In this document: piece after piece, positions 57,106-64,000 of the stretch
How positions within the stretch are numbered: the stretch's first letter is position 1
How the letters are laid out: each line of letters begins with the position of its first letter
From: an uncultured Methanospirillum sp.
GTDB lineage: Archaea; Halobacteriota; Methanomicrobia; Methanomicrobiales; Methanospirillaceae
NCBI GenBank assembly: GCA_964434005.1
Contig: CAYSSW010000001.1
Coordinates: 23,768 to 87,767, forward strand
Length of the DNA stretch: 64,000 nt
Reading direction: 5' to 3'
The notes under the pieces: model-generated
What the model saw: the letters and a program-made list of their open reading frames with translations, nothing else
Database searches by the model: none
What the model was told of the DNA's origin: nothing
Made by a program: the position numbers and the translations under genes

Positions 57106-58008
57106 ATGAATCACATCATCTCTTCACATGACCTTGAGAGAAAACAGATTGATCATCTCCTGAAACGGGCGGGAGAGATTGACGCTCAAGGGGCTGGTAA
57201 TGCTCCACTTAAAAATAAAATTCTAGGACTTCTATTTTTTGAGCCAAGTACCCGGACAAGAATGTCATTTGAATCTGCAATGCTCCGGCTTGGTGGAACC
57301 TGCATCAATATAGGTGGAAAAGAAGTCTGTTCTATTGCCAAAGGAGAAACTCTTGCTGATACTATAAGAGTTGTAAGTGGTTATACTGATGCAATAGTGC
57401 TTCGTCACCCTAAAATGGGAGCTGCAAGACTTGCAAGTGAGTTTTCAACAGTTCCTATAATCAATGGAGGAGACGGTGCAGGACAGCATCCATCACAGAC
57501 TCTTATTGATCTGTATACTATAAGGCGCCATATGCCTCTTGAATCAATAAATATTGGAATTCTTGGAGATCTTTTATATGGGAGAACCACTCATTCTCTT
57601 GCCTATGCCCTCTCGCAATATAATGCAACAATTCATACAATATCACCAACTGGTTTTGGCCTTCCTGAACCTATTCGTGATGATCTGATTTATCGTGGCT
57701 GCACAATTGTTGAGCATAGCACAGTCGAAGAAGTAATAGATGAACTTGATGCTCTTTATGTAACAAGAATTCAAAGAGAAAGAATACCAAACCCCTCCCT
57801 CTTTTATGATTCTGCTTCTGGTTACAAAATTACTCCTCAAACTGTTGAAAATGTAAAAGATCACTTTATTATTCTTCATCCTTTGCCAAGAGTTGATGAA
57901 ATTGATCCTGATGTAGACAGTCTTCCATGTGCAAAATACTTTGAACAGGCAAAAAACGGTGTTCCGGTTAGAATGGCAATGCTTATGGAGGTATTTTCTC
58001 ATGACTGA
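57106..58008 (+). CDS. pyrB: aspartate carbamoyltransferase catalytic subunit
   Basis: STRTRMSFE, HPSQTLIDL and HPLPR motifs. Confidence 0.92.
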   Translation: MNHIISSHDLERKQIDHLLKRAGEIDAQGAGNAPLKNKILGLLFFEPSTRTRMSFESAMLRLGGTCINIGGKEVCSIAKGETLADTIRVVSGYTDAIVLRHPKMGAARLASEFSTVPIINGGDGAGQHPSQTLIDLYTIRRHMPLESINIGILGDLLYGRTTHSLAYALSQYNATIHTISPTGFGLPEPIRDDLIYRGCTIVEHSTVEEVIDELDALYVTRIQRERIPNPSLFYDSASGYKITPQTVENVKDHFIILHPLPRVDEIDPDVDSLPCAKYFEQAKNGVPVRMAMLMEVFSHD

Positions 58009-58459
58009 TGGTAATGATATTGTTATTAGCGCAATCAATAATGGAACTGTAATAGATCATATCCCCCCCGGAGAAGCTCTTATTGTATTAAAGATTCTTG
58101 GTATTACCGGGCGGACAGATGAAGAAGTAAGTGTTGCAACAAATGTTATCAGTAAAATTTCTGGCAAAAAAGATGTTGTAAAAATCGAAAACCGTGAACT
58201 AAAACAGTCAGAAGTAGATAAAATTTCACTTGTTGCACCTGATGCCAAGATAAACATCATCAGAAACTGTAGGGTTGTAAGTAAAAAAGGTGTTACTACT
58301 CCAAAAGTTCTTGTTGGAATGCTCAAATGTCCAAATCCGGATTGTGTTACTAATACATCTGAACCTGTGAAGACCCGATTTTCAAGAGAAGAAGGACGCT
58401 GGATATGTGGTTACTGTGAAACAATTATTTCATTAGATATTCAGTCTCATTTAAGGTGA
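58001..58459 (+). CDS. pyrI: aspartate carbamoyltransferase regulatory subunit
   Basis: The start at internal ATG 58001 (MTDGNDIVISAINNGTVIDHIPPG) overlaps the pyrB stop by 8 nt. Zinc motif CPNPDC...CGYC. Confidence 0.9.
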   Translation: MTDGNDIVISAINNGTVIDHIPPGEALIVLKILGITGRTDEEVSVATNVISKISGKKDVVKIENRELKQSEVDKISLVAPDAKINIIRNCRVVSKKGVTTPKVLVGMLKCPNPDCVTNTSEPVKTRFSREEGRWICGYCETIISLDIQSHLR

Positions 58460-58915
58460 TCTTATCATCTTTCCGTGGACATCAATCTCTCCACGCCAGA
58501 TTCTTGTTGAAGATATCCATCTCCCATCTTCAGCAAGTACACATTTTATCATATGAATCTCAACACATGGCCTGTTTCTTTCATGTCTTAATTTATTGAT
58601 CTCTTTTGCAGTTGGAAAAGTCTCTTCACTTACAACTATTGCATCAAAATCAGTGTCAAGTGTTGAACCATATGGATCATTTAGTGGAATTAACTCCCAT
58701 GTTGCTATGAATTTTTTACTTTCAATAAAATCTATTATAGCTCTTTTTCTTATATCAAATGGATGAATAGGGTGTGTTTTTCGGTTGGCAAATTTATCAC
58801 TTGATAATCCAATTGTTACATGACCATTTGGTCCTGCAAGTTCAAAAGATCGACTAATCAGGAGAAGATGACCGTCATGGAGTGGACAAAAGGTTCCACC
58901 AACCATAATCTTCAT
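58451..58915 (-). CDS. coaD: archaeal-type phosphopantetheine adenylyltransferase (cytidylyltransferase family)
   Basis: VGGTFCPLHDGHLLLI (HxGH motif) and C-terminal ISSTRIWRGEIDVHG. Internal ATG 58915 preferred over 58981. Confidence 0.75.
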   Translation of the reverse strand: MKIMVGGTFCPLHDGHLLLISRSFELAGPNGHVTIGLSSDKFANRKTHPIHPFDIRKRAIIDFIESKKFIATWELIPLNDPYGSTLDTDFDAIVVSEETFPTAKEINKLRHERNRPCVEIHMIKCVLAEDGRWISSTRIWRGEIDVHGKMIRSP

Positions 58916-59028
58916 AGATAATATTTGGGTCTTACCATGTATAATTGATATTATTAGTTCTATAAGAGAGGCATAATCCATATTTTCTATTAAAGATATA
59001 CGTTATTATAATCAATATTTATCTTATT

Positions 59029-59520
59029 ATGAATACTAATGTAAAAAAACCGGATAGCGTATTTATTGCAGAGAATGCAACTGTTGTCGGTGATGTAACC
59101 ATTGCAGATGATGCAAACATCTGGTTTGGTGCTGTAATTCGTGCAGATAAGGCTGCCATTACTCTTGGAACTGCCTCAAATATACAGGATAATGTTGTTC
59201 TTCATACTTCTCATGATCATCCGATAATAATTGGTGATGAGGTATCTGTTGGACATGGCGCAATACTTCATGGATGCACTATTGAAGACCGGACTCTTAT
59301 CGGAATGGGAGCTATTGTTCTTAATGGTGCAGTTATTGGAGAGGGATGTATTATCGGGGCAGGTGCACTTGTCTCTGAAGGAAAGAAGATCCCATCCAGA
59401 TCACTTGTAATCGGACTTCCTGGAAAGATTGTCAGGAATGTTTCTGATGAAGAATATGCTGCAAATATTTCAAATGCCAAAGGGTATACTGAACTTGCAA
59501 AAAAATACATGGATGATTAA
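59029..59520 (+). CDS. gamma-class carbonic anhydrase-like hexapeptide-repeat protein
   Basis: NIWFGAVIRAD...IQDNVVLH...VGHGAILHGC left-handed beta-helix pattern with His ligands. Confidence 0.8.
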   Translation: MNTNVKKPDSVFIAENATVVGDVTIADDANIWFGAVIRADKAAITLGTASNIQDNVVLHTSHDHPIIIGDEVSVGHGAILHGCTIEDRTLIGMGAIVLNGAVIGEGCIIGAGALVSEGKKIPSRSLVIGLPGKIVRNVSDEEYAANISNAKGYTELAKKYMDD

Positions 59521-60795
59521 ATGAGTGAAGCTTTAGTTATCGGAAGTGGAATTGCCGGAATATCAGCAGCTCTTGATCTTGCCAACCATGAGGTGACTGT
59601 TCATCTGATAGAGCGTGAATCAACTATCGGAGGCCATATGGCAATGCTTGATAAGACATTTCCGACTAATGACTGTTCAATGTGCATCTTAAGTCCAAAG
59701 ATGGTCGATGTTTCAAGACATCCATATATAATGGTATACACCTGTACAGAACTTACCGGAATTTCTGGATCTGTAGGGGATTTTAAGGTTAATCTTGTAA
59801 GTCATCCCCGGTATGTGCTTCTTTCAGAGTGTAATGGATGTGGTGACTGTGTAAACATCTGTCCGGTGGAAGTTTACAATAAATTTGATAATGGGATAGG
59901 AGTTAGAAAAGCAATATATCGTGCACATCCTCAGGCGGTTCCTGATAAGATGATTCGTGATGCTGATCATTGTATTGACTGCGGGCTCTGTTATCAGATA
60001 TGTGGTAAGCATGCAATTCTTCATGATGATGAAGAACATGACAAAGAGTTTTCCATAAATGTTTCTGCAATTGTTATCGCAACCGGATATGAAGTCTTTG
60101 ATGCTGCTGATAAGAAAAACCTGAAGTTTTTAAAGATTCATGATGTTGTGACCGCAATTGAGTTTGAAAGAATGCTAAATGCAAGTGGTCCAACTATGGG
60201 GCATATTAAGCGCCTTTCTAACGGTGAAAAACCAGGACGAATAGTATTCGTGCAGTGTGTAGGTTCAAGGGATATGGCCCTTGGCAATTCGTCCTGTTCA
60301 TGTGTATGCTGTATGTATGCCATGAAAAACGCTCTTCTTCTGAAGGAGAAGAATCCAGATATTGATGTAATTATCCTCTATATGGATATTCGGGCATATG
60401 GCAAGGGATATGAGGAGTACTTTGAACGGGCAAAAAAGACAGGTGTGAAATTTGTCAGAGGACTTCCTGGGGAAGTCTATGATAATGGGGAGAATATTTC
60501 CCTGATGGTCGAGAATACAGAGACACAGGAACTTTTAAAGATTAATACTGATCTTTTGGTCCTCTCTGTCGGCCTACGGCCGGTATCTGATGCCTTAAAA
60601 ATTGCTGATAAGTTTGGAATTAATATAGATGATACCGGCTTTTTTGAAAGCCCTGAACCTGATGGTGCCCCGGTTATAACACTTAAACCTGGAATTTTTG
60701 TTGCCGGTACATGCAGACGGCCAATGGATATTCCTGATGCAGTAATCGAAGGAGAAGCTGCTGCCATGAAAGCATTTCTCTGCACAGTGGAGTGA
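59521..60795 (+). CDS. HdrA-like FAD/Fe-S oxidoreductase (short form)
   Basis: VIGSGIAGISAALDLA FAD motif, TFPTNDCSMCILSPKM, inserted 2x[4Fe-4S] motifs CNGCGDCVNICP and CIDCGLCYQICG, and CVGSRD...CSCVCC. 424 aa, whereas I recall canonical HdrA as about 650 aa. Confidence 0.75.
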   Translation: MSEALVIGSGIAGISAALDLANHEVTVHLIERESTIGGHMAMLDKTFPTNDCSMCILSPKMVDVSRHPYIMVYTCTELTGISGSVGDFKVNLVSHPRYVLLSECNGCGDCVNICPVEVYNKFDNGIGVRKAIYRAHPQAVPDKMIRDADHCIDCGLCYQICGKHAILHDDEEHDKEFSINVSAIVIATGYEVFDAADKKNLKFLKIHDVVTAIEFERMLNASGPTMGHIKRLSNGEKPGRIVFVQCVGSRDMALGNSSCSCVCCMYAMKNALLLKEKNPDIDVIILYMDIRAYGKGYEEYFERAKKTGVKFVRGLPGEVYDNGENISLMVENTETQELLKINTDLLVLSVGLRPVSDALKIADKFGINIDDTGFFESPEPDGAPVITLKPGIFVAGTCRRPMDIPDAVIEGEAAAMKAFLCTVE

Positions 60796-60796
60796 G

Positions 60797-61855
60797 ATGA
60801 TCTCTGATAATCCAATCAGGCCTGTAATTTTCAGGCCTGAAAACAAAGAGATTGTTTTAATTGATCAAACACTTCTCCCTGAAAAATATGAGGAGATTAG
60901 AGTTAAGGATATTGACACTCTTCTTGATGCTATAAAACGGCTTGTTGTAAGGGGAGCCCCGGCTCTTGGGATTGCAGGTGCCAGTGGAATTGCGCTTGCA
61001 GCTGAGCTTTATGATGGGGATGATTTTGAAAACTTTCTTTTATTCCTTGATGATACTGCAAAATCTCTTAGATCTACCCGTCCAACGGCTGTAAATCTCT
61101 TTTATGGTATTAATCTGGCACTTTCTGCTGCACGAAAAAGCAATGTTGAGGCTGCAAGAGAAGCAATAATTAAGGCTGCTCTCTCTCTTGCTGATAACGA
61201 TAGAGATACATGTCATGCAATTGGAAGGAACGGACTCTCCATTATTCCAAAGTGTAGTGTTTCTATTCTTACGCATTGTAATGCCGGAGCTCTTGCATGT
61301 TCAGAATGGGGCACTGCTCTTGGAGTTATCAGGTCGGCGGTTGAAGCAGGGTATGATGTGCATGTGTATTCATGTGAAACAAGGCCCTTACTTCAGGGTG
61401 CACGTTTAACCTCCTATGAACTTAACAAAGACGGTATTGATGTTACGGTCATCACTGATTCAATGGCAGCATATCTGATGCAGCAGAAGAAGATTGATCT
61501 TGTGATTGTAGGTGCCGACCGGGTTGTTTCTGATGGTGTGTTTAATAAGATTGGAACATATATGCATGCTGTCTGTGCAAAATACCATAATATTCCATTC
61601 TATGTTGCTGCACCTTTGTCAACGTTTGATGAGGATGCAGTGATGAAAGATATTACTGTTGAAGTGAGAAACAGAGATGAGATTGCATTTTGCGGAACCC
61701 GTAAACTTGTTGCAGATGGGGTATCTATCTATAATCCTGCTTTTGACGGGACTCCGGTAGATCTTATTACCGGTATAATTACTGAACATGGTATATTTAA
61801 GTTGCCAGATGATCTTTTAAAGATTAAAAAATTCCGAGAAGGTAAAAAACTATGA
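60797..61855 (+). CDS. eIF-2B alpha/beta/delta-related sugar-phosphate isomerase (MtnA-like, methylthioribose-1-phosphate / 5-deoxyribose-1-phosphate isomerase family)
   Basis: LIDQTLLPEKYEE, VRGAPALGIAGA, THCNAGALA and VGADRV motifs. Confidence 0.8.
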   Translation: MISDNPIRPVIFRPENKEIVLIDQTLLPEKYEEIRVKDIDTLLDAIKRLVVRGAPALGIAGASGIALAAELYDGDDFENFLLFLDDTAKSLRSTRPTAVNLFYGINLALSAARKSNVEAAREAIIKAALSLADNDRDTCHAIGRNGLSIIPKCSVSILTHCNAGALACSEWGTALGVIRSAVEAGYDVHVYSCETRPLLQGARLTSYELNKDGIDVTVITDSMAAYLMQQKKIDLVIVGADRVVSDGVFNKIGTYMHAVCAKYHNIPFYVAAPLSTFDEDAVMKDITVEVRNRDEIAFCGTRKLVADGVSIYNPAFDGTPVDLITGIITEHGIFKLPDDLLKIKKFREGKKL

Positions 61856-62562
61856 TAATTCCTGATGATAATCTGATATCGCCCTTTCTGACATTAATTG
61901 GAGAGTTAACTGTTCTGTTTATTCTGATTATCTTAATTATTGGTTTTATTCTACTTTGTATGACAATTTATGTAATAAAAACCGGTAATTTTATCTTTCC
62001 GGCCTTTATGAAAGGAGGTCTATTATTCCTAGAAGGTTTGATGAAAGGGCTTTTAAGACTTTTTGGAATTGATGATCAGGAGCTTACAAGACTTATTGTC
62101 ACGCTTCAAAATTCACTGAATAAAAAAAGTTTTACTGCGGTTCCAGTAAATGAACGTGCTATTTTTATTCCACAATGTCTTCGTGCAGGTGCATGTCCTG
62201 CTCATCTTCATGAGGAAGGCCTTAAGTGTAGATCATGTGGACTATGTCCTATAGGAGAAGCAAAAAAGATATGTGAAGGGCTTGGTTATAAATTTTTTAT
62301 AGTTCCGGGTTCTTCGTTTATCAAACGTATGGTTCGTAGATATCATCCAAAGGCCTTAATTGGAGTTGGTTGTCTTATTGAAGTTAAGGAAGGAATTGAG
62401 ATGGGCAGTCAGATAGGGCTTATTGCAATGGGAGTTGTTACACAAAAAGATGGCTGTGTTGAGACTTCCATGAACTGGGATGATCTTTATTCTGTTGCAT
62501 TGCTTGGTGCCGACCGGACAGTCCTTCCATTGGATATGCAGAAAAGACTTCCGAAGATGTAA
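61852..62562 (+). CDS. DUF116-family membrane-associated Cys-rich protein
   Basis: N-terminal TM segments, then IFIPQCLRAGACPAHLHEEGLKCRSCGLCPIGE, which matches my recollection of the DUF116 (COG1852) signature. ATGA overlap with the preceding gene. Confidence 0.5.
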   Translation: MIIPDDNLISPFLTLIGELTVLFILIILIIGFILLCMTIYVIKTGNFIFPAFMKGGLLFLEGLMKGLLRLFGIDDQELTRLIVTLQNSLNKKSFTAVPVNERAIFIPQCLRAGACPAHLHEEGLKCRSCGLCPIGEAKKICEGLGYKFFIVPGSSFIKRMVRRYHPKALIGVGCLIEVKEGIEMGSQIGLIAMGVVTQKDGCVETSMNWDDLYSVALLGADRTVLPLDMQKRLPKM

Positions 62563-62758
62563 GTAAACATTATATAATCCAGATTTAAACTGAAAGTTTC
62601 AAAATTTTTTAATTTGTTAAAACCTGCAGTGATAGTCTAAGTAATAGTACCCGATGAAATGAGTTGGGTTGAATTATTTTGTATACGTTCGAATTCATTA
62701 AGTGATTTTAGAATATTATTGAGCAAATTATAGTAATTTAATGATTATGATTACCAAC

Positions 62759-62783
62759 AAATTTTTTCGATCAGAAAAAATTT
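62759..62783. repeat. perfect 10-bp A/T-rich inverted repeat with 5-nt spacer
   Basis: AAATTTTTTC-gatca-GAAAAAATTT, read directly. Lies in the 476-bp intergenic region upstream of the symporter gene. Confidence 0.5.
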
Positions 62784-63038
62784 ATACTGAATTGCAAAAA
62801 AAATTGACTGATATTTGAAGAAATTATGACAAAATTAACCATTATCTCACAATCCATGAGAAAGTGGGTGCATTAGTGCAAAAAATACCTCAACCATGAG
62901 ACTCAAATAACTGTATATTTATGACATTAACAATCAACTATTAGTAATACCGAGAGTATACATGAATGAAAGTGATCGGGCATTCGTGAAGAAAAATATC
63001 CCGATATCCATTTGTGAGCTATTTTGGTAGGTGATTGA

Positions 63039-64000
63039 ATGATTGACGGGAACACTATCGGAATTTTAATTGCATTTATTGTCTATTTTGGGGTAATGAT
63101 CTATATAGGCTTCTTTTATATGGACAAAAACAAAACAGCCAATGATTACATATTGGGTAGCAGAAAATTAGACCGGCGCGTTGCGGCACTTTCTGCTGAA
63201 GCATCGGATATGAGTGGGTGGCTCCTTTTAGGTCTTCCAGGTCTTGCATATGTCTCCGGATTATCCGAAGCTGGATGGACTGCAATCGGTCTTGTAATCG
63301 GAACATACCTGAACTGGAAATTCGTCGCAAAACGTTTGAGAATTTATACTCAAAAGGCAAACGATTCACTTACCATCTCTGAGTTTTTCATGAATAGATT
63401 TGGAGACAAAAAAGCATATCTATCAGCCATTTCCTCTTTATTCATCATATTGTTCTTTGTTGTATATACTGCAGCACAGTTCGTTGCAGGAGGAAAACTC
63501 TTTAATTCCATACTTGGAGTAGACTACTTCATCGGTATGATAATTTGTGTTCTGATCATCGTATGTTACACATTTACCGGTGGTTTTCGTGCTGTCTGTC
63601 TCACAGACGCTATTCAGAGTATACTTATGCTCTTTGCACTGATTCTTGTTCCAATTATTGCACTCCTTATTCTCTTTGGAGATGGAATGTCATCAGTTGC
63701 AGCAATCAATCCGGATATGCTTTCCTTGTTCAAAGACCCATCAACAGGTGAGTTCCTCTCTGTATTCATCATTGTCTCTGGTCTAGCATGGGCATTTGGA
63801 TACTTTGGTCAGCCACATATAATTCCAAGATTCATGGGTATAAAAAATCCTGATGAAATACCAAAAGCCAGAAGAATCGCTATGGTCTGGGTAATACTCA
63901 CATTATTCGCTGCAATATCAGTTGGTCTTGTTGGTCAGATATTCTTTAGTGCACCTCTTTCAAACGCAGAAGATGTATTTATCTCAATGTCAGGAGCAAC
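63039..64000 (+). CDS. putP: sodium:solute symporter family protein, PutP-like (3' end beyond window)
   Basis: Absent from the ORF track because it is open to the right edge. Hand translation from ATG 63039: MIDGNTIGILIAFIVYFGVMIYIGFFYMDKNKTANDYILGSRKLDRRVAALSAEASDMSGWLLLGLPG...FGYFGQPHIIPRFMGIK, with no stop to position 64000. Confidence 0.85.
   Translation, partial: MIDGNTIGILIAFIVYFGVMIYIGFFYMDKNKTANDYILGSRKLDRRVAALSAEASDMSGWLLLGLPGLAYVSGLSEAGWTAIGLVIGTYLNWKFVAKRLRIYTQKANDSLTISEFFMNRFGDKKAYLSAISSLFIILFFVVYTAAQFVAGGKLFNSILGVDYFIGMIICVLIIVCYTFTGGFRAVCLTDAIQSILMLFALILVPIIALLILFGDGMSSVAAINPDMLSLFKDPSTGEFLSVFIIVSGLAWAFGYFGQPHIIPRFMGIKNPDEIPKARRIAMVWVILTLFAAISVGLVGQIFFSAPLSNAEDVFISMSGA

Noticed and set aside
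62962-63030. 22-codon upstream ORF (MNESDRAFVKKNIPISICELFW) just before the PutP-like gene
   Set aside because: It is too short and not hydrophobic, unlike known small subunits of sodium:solute symporters. I cannot distinguish it from chance, so it is mentioned only as context in the hairpin finding.
63076-63751. Track ORFs 63076..63369 (-) and 63545..63751 (+)
   Set aside because: Both lie within the long open PutP-like frame starting at 63039, whose translation shows clear sodium:solute symporter features.

Overview
AT-rich archaeal chromosome segment, very likely from a methanogen of class Methanomicrobia. Supporting genes: PCNA, PriL, TBP, Alba, ribosomal protein S17e, Trm1, DGGGP synthase, MptE-like and ThiN-type enzymes, a methanogenesis-marker-14-like protein and an HdrA-like flavoprotein. 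I call about 68 protein-coding genes, one of them a split regulator gene, plus 4 tRNA genes: Leu-CAG, Glu-CUC, Arg-CCU and Lys-CUU. I saw no rRNA, CRISPR array, transposase, integrase or recognisable prophage or defence module. Most of the window is housekeeping: dapA-dapB-fdx-asd, purD-argF, pyrBI, moaA, coaD-type PPAT, and pstS-pstCA-pstB-phoU. Less ordinary parts: (i) a secreted-protease cluster at 2.4-11.3 kb, in which a papain-like protease with a C-terminal dockerin-like module sits directly before a small secreted cohesin-like protein and a membrane-anchored protein; (ii) an AbrB-PhoU regulator gene split by a frameshift, divergent from the pst operon across an intergenic region with a perfect inverted repeat and phased TCTATAT boxes; (iii) two tightly coupled operons of poorly characterised genes: TrkA-N/DHH phosphoesterase - MptE-like - COG1031 radical SAM, and gamma-CA-like - short HdrA-like - MtnA-like isomerase - DUF116; (iv) two accessory-looking genes flanked by long non-coding AT-rich DNA: an MFS-CBS fusion transporter and a 647-aa orphan. 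None of these is a demonstrably novel system from sequence alone. The cohesin/dockerin protease module and the HdrA-like/MtnA-like/DUF116 operon are my best candidates. All functional calls rest on motifs read by eye from the translations; no database search was possible.
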